Both the position numbers and the translations under genes were made by a program. Positions 54,238-62,983 of a stretch of DNA of 64,000 bases are shown piece by piece; positions within the stretch are counted from its first letter, which is position 1; the number at the start of each line of letters is the position of its first letter. Below the pieces are notes generated by a model. It did not search any database. It worked only from the letters and a program-made list of their open reading frames with translations, and was not told the DNA's origin. Location of the stretch: NCBI GenBank assembly GCA_016199085.1, contig JACQHJ010000004.1:16926-80925 (forward strand), written 5' to 3'. Origin of the DNA: Candidatus Levyibacteriota bacterium. Its GTDB lineage: Bacteria > Patescibacteriota > Microgenomatia > Levybacterales > UBA12049.

Positions 54238-55575
54238 ATGGAATTTGTTTCCGACCTCCATCTTCACTCCAAATATTCAAGGGCTGTATCGAAAGACATG
54301 AATCTTCCAACTATGGCTTTCTGGGCTACCAAGAAGGGTTTAAACCTTCTTTCAACAGGAGACTGGACTCATCCTATGTGGATTAGAGAAATAAAGCAAA
54401 ACCTGGAGGAGACGGAACAGGGTCTGTTTAGATTAAAGACAGATAAAAATTCTTTAATGCGTTTTATACTTTCCGTTGAAGTCTCAAGTATCTACACTCA
54501 GGGAGGACAAGTCAGAAGGATACACAATTTAATCTTCTCTCCCTCCATTGAAACCTCTGAGAAAATTAATCAAGAGCTTATTAAAAGAGGGTGTAATCTT
54601 GGTTCTGACGGAAGACCGATTATTGGGCTTTCTTCAATTAATCTTTGTGAACTTGTTTTTTCAATAGACAAAGATGCCATGGTTATTCCGTGTCACATTT
54701 GGACCCCTTGGTTTTCCATGTTTGGTTCAAAATCAGGCTTTGACAGCGTTGAAGAGTGTTTCGGGGAATTTGCTAGAGAAATTTATGGAATTGAGACGGG
54801 TCTTTCCTCAGATCCGTATATGAACTGGCAGATAGGAAATTTAAAAAACAGATCTATCCTTTCTTTTTCGGACGCCCATTCTCCTGCCAAAATGGGAAGA
54901 GAAGCAACGGTTTTTATGACCAAAGACGAAAAGACAAAGACCATTACATATAAAGACATATCTGATGCGATTAAAAAAGATCCCAAAGCCAAATTTAAGA
55001 TTGGCTATACGATCGAATTTTACCCGGAAGAGGGAAAATACCACTATACGGGGCACCGAAACTGCAACTATGTCCAGGTCCCAGATCTTACAAGAAAAGA
55101 GGGAATAATCTGTCCTGTTTGTAAAAGACCTTTGACCGTTGGTGTCATGCATAGGGTTGAGGACTTGGCAAAAGACGGGTTTGAAAAGGAGGTTTCAAGA
55201 AAAAATCAAACTGGAGTTAAGTGGATTTTGGATCCAGGCAAAATTCACCCTCCGTTTGTAAAATTGGTTCCTTTAAATGAGATTATTGCCGAAAGTCTTA
55301 AATCTAGTGTTTCCTCACAGAAAGTCAAAGACCTGTTTGATAAACTTTGTCTGACATTCGGATCGGAAATAAAAATCCTACTTAAAACTTCCTTAGAAGA
55401 TATAAAAAAAGAAGCAGGCGAAAGGGTAGCAGAGGGTGTTGGAAAAGTAAGAAGAGGAGATATTGTCATTGAACCGGGATATGACGGCGTCTATGGAGTA
55501 GTTAAAATTTGGAATGACGAGCCGCAAAAAAATGAGCAAATTAATATAAGCTCACAGATTGGCATTGACTTTTAA
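54238..55575 (+). CDS. Endonuclease Q family PHP-domain protein
   Basis: DLHLHSKYS, HIWTPW, ETGLSSD, SDAHS, EGKYH, CPVC and PGYDGVYG motifs. Confidence 0.9.
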   Translation: MEFVSDLHLHSKYSRAVSKDMNLPTMAFWATKKGLNLLSTGDWTHPMWIREIKQNLEETEQGLFRLKTDKNSLMRFILSVEVSSIYTQGGQVRRIHNLIFSPSIETSEKINQELIKRGCNLGSDGRPIIGLSSINLCELVFSIDKDAMVIPCHIWTPWFSMFGSKSGFDSVEECFGEFAREIYGIETGLSSDPYMNWQIGNLKNRSILSFSDAHSPAKMGREATVFMTKDEKTKTITYKDISDAIKKDPKAKFKIGYTIEFYPEEGKYHYTGHRNCNYVQVPDLTRKEGIICPVCKRPLTVGVMHRVEDLAKDGFEKEVSRKNQTGVKWILDPGKIHPPFVKLVPLNEIIAESLKSSVSSQKVKDLFDKLCLTFGSEIKILLKTSLEDIKKEAGERVAEGVGKVRRGDIVIEPGYDGVYGVVKIWNDEPQKNEQINISSQIGIDF

Positions 55576-55626
55576 ATAGCCTTACGATAATGTTGAATTA
55601 GACTAAAACGAAAGGGGGTGAAATAG

Positions 55627-56076
55627 ATGGACGCAATGACAAAACAATGGACAAAAGCTCTCGATGACTCCTATGCCAAACTTCCGGCTTTGCCCAAAGG
55701 AGCAACAGATTTTATAGTTAATATCGCTCCATGGCTTTCTTTAATCTTTGGAGTACTTTCAATTTTGGTAGGCGTTTCTGCATTTGGCTTTCTGGCGGTT
55801 TTATCGCCTTTCGCAGCAGTCTCAGGAGCAGGTGCTTATGCTATAACAGGTCTTCTCTCAAGCGTAGTTTTATTAGTAGAGGGCGTGATCATGGTTGTCG
55901 CTTTCCCAAGCCTTAAAAATAGAGCAGTAAAAGGTTGGAATCTGCTTTTCTGGAGTTTAGTATTAAGTGTTGTAAGCTCGGTTCTTTCCTTAAATGTTTA
56001 TGGAGTAGTGCAATCAGTGGTTGGAGCTTTAATAGGATATTATTTCTTGTATCAAATGAAATCCTATTATAAATAA
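55627..56076 (+). CDS. Membrane protein
   Basis: Several TM helices and strong SD AAGGGGGTGA. Confidence 0.75.
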   Translation: MDAMTKQWTKALDDSYAKLPALPKGATDFIVNIAPWLSLIFGVLSILVGVSAFGFLAVLSPFAAVSGAGAYAITGLLSSVVLLVEGVIMVVAFPSLKNRAVKGWNLLFWSLVLSVVSSVLSLNVYGVVQSVVGALIGYYFLYQMKSYYK

Positions 56077-56132
56077 GACCTTAACCTTTAAGCCTTAGGT
56101 AAACCTTTACTTATTGGTTTATAATAGTGGCG

Positions 56133-56756
56133 ATGTTTAAGGATAGGGTAGACGCTGCCTTAAAGCTTTGCCAAAAACTAACATTTTTCAAAAATGGTAA
56201 TTTTGTTGTCGTGGGGCTAACTCGGGGTGGAGTAGTAACAGCAAAAGAAGTATCGAAATTTCTTAATCTTCCCCTAAGAGCAATGATTGTTAAAAAAATT
56301 GGTGCACCCGGTAGTCCCGAACTTGCAATCGGAGCAATTGCTTATTCAGGACACGTATTTTGGAATAAAGACTTATGTGTAAGGCTTGGTATAAATTCTT
56401 CTTTAAAAAACATCTTTTGGAAAGATAAACAAAAAGAGATAAATCTTCTGAAAAAAGAAATGGGAATTAGGCTTGGAGGAAACGAATTTAGAGGGAAAAA
56501 CGTTTTATTGGTAGACGATGGTATTGCAACCGGAATGAGCGTTTTGGCGGCTTTGGAATCTTTAAGAAAGCAGAAAGTAAAGAAAGTTATTCTAGCAGTG
56601 CCGGTCATAGCCATTGATACATTAAATTATATTAAAAAATATTTTGATGGAGTCATTTATTTAAAAAAGCAAAAAGATTTTTATGCAGTTTCAGAGTATT
56701 ACAAGGATTTTCCCCAGGTTGAAACCAATGAGGTTTCCAGACTGCTTACAAAGTAG
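56133..56756 (+). CDS. Phosphoribosyltransferase-family protein
   Basis: FKDRVDA, RGGV, ELAIGA and PRPP loop LVDDGIATG. Confidence 0.88.
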   Translation: MFKDRVDAALKLCQKLTFFKNGNFVVVGLTRGGVVTAKEVSKFLNLPLRAMIVKKIGAPGSPELAIGAIAYSGHVFWNKDLCVRLGINSSLKNIFWKDKQKEINLLKKEMGIRLGGNEFRGKNVLLVDDGIATGMSVLAALESLRKQKVKKVILAVPVIAIDTLNYIKKYFDGVIYLKKQKDFYAVSEYYKDFPQVETNEVSRLLTK

Positions 56757-56811
56757 TTTGTAGTTGATTGTTTAGGTTTAATCATTTATATTCTAAATAC
56801 TAAATCAGTTT

Positions 56812-57429
56812 ATGAAATTAATAGTAGGACTTGGTAATCCCGGTGAAAAACATGAAAGCACAAGGCATAATCTTGGTTTTATAATCATAGACCATCTTCT
56901 AAAAGACATTGAAAGCGTTAGGGATGGGAAGTGGGAAGAAAACGTTAAATTTAAAGGCGAAATTTTTTCTTTGGAATATAAACCAAAGAAAGGTGAGATA
57001 GAAAAAGTAATTCTTCTAAAACCCAAGACGTATATGAATAACAGCGGAATGGCTGTTTCGCTTGTAGCTTCTTTTTATAAAGTAAATCCCCAAGATATTT
57101 GGATAATACATGATGAACTCGATCTTCCCTTAGGTTTTATGAAAATAAGGCTTGGTGGAGGAGCAGCAGGTCACCACGGAGTTGAATCGGTAATGACAGC
57201 GCTAAACACGGATAAGTTTTGGCGATTTAGAATTGGCATTGGAGCTTCCAAAAATAGAGATGAAATAGCCAAGCATAATTTCAAAAATGCCAAGGATTTT
57301 GTCTTGGATATTTTCAGAACAGGTGAGTCAGGAACAGTAAAGCACATTATTAAAAGAGCTGTTGAGGCATTAAAACTTTCTTTGGAAAAAGATATTAATT
57401 CCGCAATGAATAGGTTTAATACGAAATAA
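56812..57429 (+). CDS. pth: Peptidyl-tRNA hydrolase
   Basis: LIVGLGNPG, TRHNLGF, KTYMNNSG, HDELD and GHHG motifs. Confidence 0.97.
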   Translation: MKLIVGLGNPGEKHESTRHNLGFIIIDHLLKDIESVRDGKWEENVKFKGEIFSLEYKPKKGEIEKVILLKPKTYMNNSGMAVSLVASFYKVNPQDIWIIHDELDLPLGFMKIRLGGGAAGHHGVESVMTALNTDKFWRFRIGIGASKNRDEIAKHNFKNAKDFVLDIFRTGESGTVKHIIKRAVEALKLSLEKDINSAMNRFNTK

Positions 57430-57457
57430 TCCTTTTTGCCTTTGGTATAATAGTTTA

Positions 57458-57727
57458 ATGCAGTCAGTTGGTAAGATATTAAAAAGATTCAATCCCACCC
57501 AGGACAAATATATTTCCCGTGATTTTCAGGCATACGGCATTTGGCTTTCTGAAGAAATGGATGACTATAAAAATAGGGGAATGTGGATTAAACTTGCCAA
57601 AACTAATCACAGAAGTATTTTGGAAAAAGCTTTATCCTTTGTTAAAGACAGTAACGCTGATAACAAGACAGCTTTGTTTTTATGGAAAATGAAGCAGTTA
57701 AAAAATGAAAAAACTAATACTAAATAG
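57458..57727 (+). CDS. Conserved-looking hypothetical protein
   Basis: 89-aa ORF with TGgTATAAT 6 nt upstream of the ATG. Confidence 0.7.
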   Translation: MQSVGKILKRFNPTQDKYISRDFQAYGIWLSEEMDDYKNRGMWIKLAKTNHRSILEKALSFVKDSNADNKTALFLWKMKQLKNEKTNTK

Positions 57728-58256
57728 CCTTACCAAGCATCCTTATTTTCCAATTTTTCTATTTATAGTCTCACTTCTTATCTCTTTGGGTGCTTTTATC
57801 TATAGGGATTATTTTGAGAGCGCCCAGACCTTAGGACTGGTTGGACTTTTCATTATTAATCTTGTATCAAGCGCTACTTTTTTTGTTTCAGGGCCTGCAT
57901 TTTTAACCGTTATAGCAGGAGGTTCTGTATACAATCCACTTCTGGTTGCCTTTATTGCCTCACTTGGAGCATCTATTGGCGATCTAGTATCGTTTGCCCT
58001 CGGTCATTCAGGAAGACACGTGGCCTTAAGAAGGCTTGAGAAACATCCGTGGTTTGTCTTTATTGAGAAAGTATTTAAAAAACACGGGTTTTGGATTATC
58101 TTTCTTTTTGCCCTGATTCCAAATCCTTTGTTTGACGCTATCGGCTTAATTGCTGGAGTGTTTAGGCTTAACTGGAAAATATTTTTTGTTTTAATTCTTC
58201 TTGGCAGATTTACAAGGTTTATAATTCTTGCCTTAATTGGAGCAAAAATTGACTAA
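57705..58256 (+). CDS. DedA/VTT-domain membrane protein
   Basis: GASIGDLVSFALG and IPNPLFDAIGLIAG motifs. Confidence 0.85.
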   Translation: MKKLILNSLTKHPYFPIFLFIVSLLISLGAFIYRDYFESAQTLGLVGLFIINLVSSATFFVSGPAFLTVIAGGSVYNPLLVAFIASLGASIGDLVSFALGHSGRHVALRRLEKHPWFVFIEKVFKKHGFWIIFLFALIPNPLFDAIGLIAGVFRLNWKIFFVLILLGRFTRFIILALIGAKID

Positions 58257-58529
58257 ATGAAAAGCACGCATATTTTCGTAATGGGCTTTGTCCATGGAGT
58301 AGGATTTAGAAGATATATAAAAAAGGAGGCTAAAAGCTTAGGTTTAAAAGGCTGGGTTAAAAATTTACCTGATGGAAGAGTCGAAATCTTAGCTCAAGGC
58401 AGTCAAAGCCAAGTTGATCAACTAATTGAAATTTCTCAGAAAGGAAATATTTTCTCAATGGTTAAAGGAGTAGTAGTAGATATAAAAGAAGATGATATTG
58501 CTTTTAATGACTTTGAGATCCTTTTTTGA
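58257..58529 (+). CDS. acyP: Acylphosphatase
   Basis: GFVHGVGFR and GWVKNLPDGRVE motifs. Confidence 0.93.
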   Translation: MKSTHIFVMGFVHGVGFRRYIKKEAKSLGLKGWVKNLPDGRVEILAQGSQSQVDQLIEISQKGNIFSMVKGVVVDIKEDDIAFNDFEILF

Positions 58530-59643
58530 CTCTTGTTGAAAACCAATACGCGGCAATGAGTGTCACAATAGGCACGGAAAGCAAAAGCCCCATACTTCCT
58601 GAAATAATCTTAATTATCTCATCAGATATAATTTCGTTGTTGATAATGACCCAATAAGGAAGCTGACCAGGGTTTAAAACTAAAAATATAAAAACCGCAA
58701 AAGCACTTCCAACGTAGGCAAGAATTAATGTATTTACCAAAGAGGCAATGTGTTCTTTACCAACGCTTAGTCCTTTTTCAAAAAGTTCAATAAAAGTAAG
58801 CTTGCTATTAGCTTCTCTTAGTTCATAAATAGTTGTTGATTGGGTTGTAGTGATGTCATTTAGGGCCCCAAGAGTTGTGATAATGATTCCTGATAGAAAT
58901 AACCCTCTTATGTCAATAATACTCGTTGGCCCAAGCTGAAGCGAGTATGCTTCCTCGTTGCCAAGCCCGGTTATATTTGAAAGTTGGATTGCGGCTGTTG
59001 CAAAAAGAGCCGTAAAAAAAAGTGAGATAATCGTTGAAATTAGCGCAATAGTAGTTTTTTGCGATACTCCATGGGCAAGATAGGTCGTTGTCAGAATAAT
59101 GATAAGCGAGCCGATAATGGTTATAGCTAGAGGATCGTAGCCTTTTAAGATAAAGGGAATGATAAAGACCAAAATTACCGCAAGACTTATAAGCATACCA
59201 AGGGTTGAGCCAATTCCTTTTTTGCCGCCTACTAAAACAACGGCTATAAAAAAGATCAATAAAAAGATAGCAATGGTATTTAGCCTGTAAAAGTCATAGA
59301 CAGAATAAGTTGTCTGGCCGTTTGGATAGATAACTTTGGCAATGACTATTTCCTGGCCGACTTTTAAGAGCTGATTTTTTCCCATCCTAAATTGTTTTCC
59401 GTTTTCAATAGTTTTTGTCTGGTCTTTTTCCGGACCCTCAGTAAGTCTTACCTCAAGAGTCTGATAATAGCTTTTATAGTTATCAACCTCTGTTTCTCCC
59501 TGTTCTTTAATGTTTTGAACGACTGCTTTATAAAATTCCTGTTTCGGGGTAGGGAGGCTTTTCGGTCCTTGGGCAAAAGAGGTAGCTGTAAAAACCTGGA
59601 GAAGGAGAAAAAATAAAAAACTTGCCAATATCTTTTTAAGCAT
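58504..59643 (-). CDS. YibE/F family membrane protein
   Basis: LGALNDIT and HIASLVNTLILAYVG motifs with multiple TM helices. Confidence 0.88.
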   Translation of the reverse strand: MLKKILASFLFFLLLQVFTATSFAQGPKSLPTPKQEFYKAVVQNIKEQGETEVDNYKSYYQTLEVRLTEGPEKDQTKTIENGKQFRMGKNQLLKVGQEIVIAKVIYPNGQTTYSVYDFYRLNTIAIFLLIFFIAVVLVGGKKGIGSTLGMLISLAVILVFIIPFILKGYDPLAITIIGSLIIILTTTYLAHGVSQKTTIALISTIISLFFTALFATAAIQLSNITGLGNEEAYSLQLGPTSIIDIRGLFLSGIIITTLGALNDITTTQSTTIYELREANSKLTFIELFEKGLSVGKEHIASLVNTLILAYVGSAFAVFIFLVLNPGQLPYWVIINNEIISDEIIKIISGSMGLLLSVPIVTLIAAYWFSTRVKKGSQSH

Positions 59644-59682
59644 TTGCTAGATTATACCAAAATTGCATAAAACTTTTAGTAC

Positions 59683-59729
59683 TTGACAAATGCAAATGGC
59701 TTGCATATACTAATGCGAGTAAGTTGCAT
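59683..59729 (+). promoter_or_regulatory. Promoter with two tandem Fur-family (Zur-like) operator palindromes
   Basis: TTGACA (59683) -17 nt- TATACT (59706). ATGCAA-atggc-TTGCAT (59690-59706) and ATGCgA-gtaag-TTGCAT (59713-59729). Confidence 0.7.
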
Positions 59730-59782
59730 TTACCTAAATAACATTGATTCTAGAGAGGCCTAGGCTTTCTAGAATAGAATTT

Positions 59783-60214
59783 ATGTTTAATCTTATTAAA
59801 AATCATGATTGTAGACAGGAGTTAAAGGGTTTTGAGGTTAAGGCAACGCCCGCAAGGCTTGCTGTGATGAAATTCTTGGAGTCTTCCAATCAGCCCGTCG
59901 ACGTCAACGCAATCTTAGACTATTTAACAAGGGAAAGTATTCATGCTGATCCTGCAACAATTTTTAGAATGATGAATGCCTTTGTCGATAAAGGTATCTT
60001 AAAAAAGATAGATTTTAGAGAAGGAAAGACGAGGTATGAACTATCAAGCAAAGGAGATCATCATCATTTAGTTTGTACAAACTGCGGAAATGTAGAACGC
60101 ATTGAAGATTCCCATATGAAAGAATTTGAAGAAGAGATTAAGAAAAAAAAGAAATTTTTGGTTAAATCTCATTCTCTGGAGTTTTTTGGAATATGTCAGA
60201 ATTGCCAGTCTTAA
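59783..60214 (+). CDS. Fur-family regulator, probably Zur
   Basis: TPARLAV, ATIFR, HHHLVCTNCG and GICQNC motifs. Overlaps a ZIP transporter gene. Confidence 0.9.
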   Translation: MFNLIKNHDCRQELKGFEVKATPARLAVMKFLESSNQPVDVNAILDYLTRESIHADPATIFRMMNAFVDKGILKKIDFREGKTRYELSSKGDHHHLVCTNCGNVERIEDSHMKEFEEEIKKKKKFLVKSHSLEFFGICQNCQS

Positions 60215-60993
60215 TTTACATTTTATTTTTTACCTTAGTTGGTAGCGTATTTTCTTTAATGGGGGGAATATTTTTACTGCTAAAAGAAAAGAAAGTCTTG
60301 AAATATTCTCATTTCCTGGCTGCATTTGCCGCAGGAACTTTGCTTGGAACGGTATTTTTCGATCTTTTGCCAGAAGCTGTAGAAGAAGGTGAGCACGTCG
60401 TAGAGATGGGTCTATTAGAAGATGTTAATATTTTTTTCTGGGTACTTTTTGGTATTTTAGGTTTTTTCCTGCTTGAACGCTTTGTCCACTGGTTTCATCA
60501 TCATCAACACGATTACGGCGAGGAACTCGTGAAACCTACGGTTCCTTTAATAGTTTTAGGAGACAGCGTTCATAATTTTATTGATGGGGTTGCAATCGGA
60601 GCGACATTTTTAGTCAGTATTCCTTTAGGAATTATCACTTCTCTGGCTGTTGCGGCCCATGAAATTCCCCAGGAGATTGGTGATTTTGGAATCCTTTTGC
60701 ATAAAGGATTAAAAAGAAAAAAAGTTTTGCTGATTAACTTTTTTAGTGCACTAACTGCGGTGGTTGGAGCTTTAATTTCTTTTGTACTGGGTGAGAGAAT
60801 TGAAGCAACCCTACCGATACTTCTAGCTATTACAGCAGGTTTTTTCATCTATATCGCAGCGTCAGATTTAATACCTGAAATTCACCATGAGAACAGAAAA
60901 GGATTTGCGGTTATCGAAACAACACTTATGTTTTTAGGAGTAATAATTATCTGGATATTCGTAAATGTTCTTTCCGGATTGTCAGGTCAGTAA
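60193..60993 (+). CDS. ZIP family metal (zinc) transporter
   Basis: His-rich loop HWFHHHQH, HNFIDG and HEIPQEIGDF motifs. Confidence 0.93.
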   Translation: MSELPVLIYILFFTLVGSVFSLMGGIFLLLKEKKVLKYSHFLAAFAAGTLLGTVFFDLLPEAVEEGEHVVEMGLLEDVNIFFWVLFGILGFFLLERFVHWFHHHQHDYGEELVKPTVPLIVLGDSVHNFIDGVAIGATFLVSIPLGIITSLAVAAHEIPQEIGDFGILLHKGLKRKKVLLINFFSALTAVVGALISFVLGERIEATLPILLAITAGFFIYIAASDLIPEIHHENRKGFAVIETTLMFLGVIIIWIFVNVLSGLSGQ

Positions 60994-60995
60994 TT

Positions 60996-61841
60996 TTATT
61001 CTTCTAAAGCTTGGTCAATAAGGGGCTTGATTGATGTGTAAGGCTCTGCTCCAACAACTGATCTTCCATTAATAAAGATTGTAGGCGTCCCTGATACTCC
61101 AGCGGCTTGACCCTCAGACATATCTTTATCAAGATTTGCCTGAAATTTGCTTGACTCCATACAGGATTTAAACTGATTGGTATTTACGCCAAGCGTTCCT
61201 GCAATTTCTGTCATCTTTTCAGTTGTAAACATACTTGTATCACTTTCGGAAGGCTGGTTAGTATACAGATAGTCATGCATTTCCCAAAACTTCTTTTGCT
61301 CATTGGCGCATTCAACTGCATTTCCTGCAACAATTGAAGCAGGTCCAAGGAATTCAAAATGCCTAAAATAAAAGACTGCTTTTCCGGTTTCTACGTAATC
61401 TTTGATTATACTTTGCTCTGTTTCTCTATAGAACTGGGCACAGAATGGGCACCTTAGATCTGCAAATTCGACTATTTTAACTTTTGCGTTTTCATCTCCT
61501 AGAGGAGGAAGGTTTCCGACTGCAACGTCCACTTTTTGACCAGGTTGTAATTGATTATCCTCTCCTACAGGAACAGTTGAATCTGTAACTACGGCTGTCT
61601 GTCCTTTTTCAAGATACTGGACTTTAGTTATTAAGACTCCCAGCAAAAACGCAGCAATGACTAGAAGCACTGCCAGAATCGGTGTATATGACTTTGGTTT
61701 ATACGATGTAGCTAGTTTTGCTAAAATACCAAAAGGTTTAGCCAGAATTGAAGTTGTTTTTTTTAAATCTAAAGAGGGGGTTTTTGAAACAGGGGAGGTA
61801 GTTTCTACTTGATTTTCCAAAGTATTTTTAGCTCTTGCCAT
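60996..61841 (-). CDS. DsbA-family thioredoxin-fold protein
   Basis: TM anchor, CPFC active site, and GVSGTPTIFING. Confidence 0.92.
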   Translation of the reverse strand: MARAKNTLENQVETTSPVSKTPSLDLKKTTSILAKPFGILAKLATSYKPKSYTPILAVLLVIAAFLLGVLITKVQYLEKGQTAVVTDSTVPVGEDNQLQPGQKVDVAVGNLPPLGDENAKVKIVEFADLRCPFCAQFYRETEQSIIKDYVETGKAVFYFRHFEFLGPASIVAGNAVECANEQKKFWEMHDYLYTNQPSESDTSMFTTEKMTEIAGTLGVNTNQFKSCMESSKFQANLDKDMSEGQAAGVSGTPTIFINGRSVVGAEPYTSIKPLIDQALEE

Positions 61842-61893
61842 AGAAGCATTTTATTTTTTTTGAAAATGCTTGTCAAGCACTAAAACTTACTTT

Positions 61894-62103
61894 TCACACT
61901 TTGTCCGGATGAGTGAAGATTAATTTCATAAAATTGAAATATTCATCTTCTTCCTTTTTACTTTTTCGACTAAACACTAGATCTTTCTGATCTTTCTCCA
62001 AAGTCTTTTTTAAGTTTACAAATAGCTTTTTAAAGTTTATCAGGCTTCCAAAGCTACTTACTGAAAAATCTATCGTATTCGTACTCAATGTCGCCTGCCT
62101 CAT
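61894..62103 (-). CDS. Small hypothetical protein
   Basis: SD GGAGGTGA precedes ATG62103, so the track's GTG start is part of the SD. Confidence 0.55.
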   Translation of the reverse strand: MRQATLSTNTIDFSVSSFGSLINFKKLFVNLKKTLEKDQKDLVFSRKSKKEEDEYFNFMKLIFTHPDKV

Positions 62104-62209
62104 TTTTGCTTTCTTCACCTCCCTCTCTGTGTTTAATTAAAACGCTTAATCAGCCCCGATGTTACTAGGTATAGCATGCGATTTCAGTAAGATGAAAGAC
62201 AAATGTGGA

Positions 62210-62244
62210 GTAAGCGCTGTTACACGCATGTGATAATTGTCAAA
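62210..62244. promoter_or_regulatory. Two candidate Crp-family binding sites
   Basis: GTAA-gcgctg-TTAC (62210-62223) and TGTGA-taattg-TCAAA (62229-62244), upstream of a Crp/Fnr gene. Confidence 0.45.
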
Positions 62245-62273
62245 AAAGATAAGGTATGCTAGTATAAATTAAG

Positions 62274-62942
62274 ATGGATACAGAGTTATTTTTAAAACTT
62301 CGTCCATTATTTCATAAGTACCCACCTCTTTATTACAAAAAAGAGCAGATAATAATCCGCCCTGAAGATAAAATTGAGAATATTTATTTCATTGAGAAAG
62401 GTTTCGTTAGATTCTATTATCTTTCCGATGAAGGTAAAGAAATGACCTTTTTAATCTATAAACCCGGATATTTCTTTCCCATTCTTTATGCCTTTTTTGG
62501 TAATAAAACCAGATACTATTTTGAAGCCCTAACCCCTGTTGTTTTACGAAGGGCACCAAGGGAGACATTTACAAAAGTAGTTGAGGCAAATAACGCACTT
62601 TCGCTGGCAATCAGTAAAGAGATCATACTTCGCATGCAGGGGATACTGAGCAAAATGGAATTTTTAACACTAGGCGGTGCCTATCAAAATGTTGCGTTTA
62701 CTATTCTAATCTGCGCCCAGGAGTTTGGAAAGAAGAATAAACAATCAATCGTTTTAAACCTTCCCCTAGCTCACAAAGACATTGCTTCAATGGCGGGACT
62801 GACTAGAGAAACGGTCAGTATCGAGATGAAAAGACTTGAAAAAGAAGGCCTCATTGCCTATAAGAGAAATCATATTACGATAAAAAACCTTGATAAATAC
62901 AAGAAAAAAACCAAGATTGAATTAAACTACGAATACAGTTAA
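62274..62942 (+). CDS. Crp/Fnr family transcriptional regulator
   Basis: cNMP-binding-like domain (IYFIEKGFVR) and HTH IASMAGLTRETVS. Confidence 0.92.
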   Translation: MDTELFLKLRPLFHKYPPLYYKKEQIIIRPEDKIENIYFIEKGFVRFYYLSDEGKEMTFLIYKPGYFFPILYAFFGNKTRYYFEALTPVVLRRAPRETFTKVVEANNALSLAISKEIILRMQGILSKMEFLTLGGAYQNVAFTILICAQEFGKKNKQSIVLNLPLAHKDIASMAGLTRETVSIEMKRLEKEGLIAYKRNHITIKNLDKYKKKTKIELNYEYS

Positions 62943-62983
62943 GTCTTGATTTTAGTTTCTCCTTAGGTATAATACGGCCAGTT

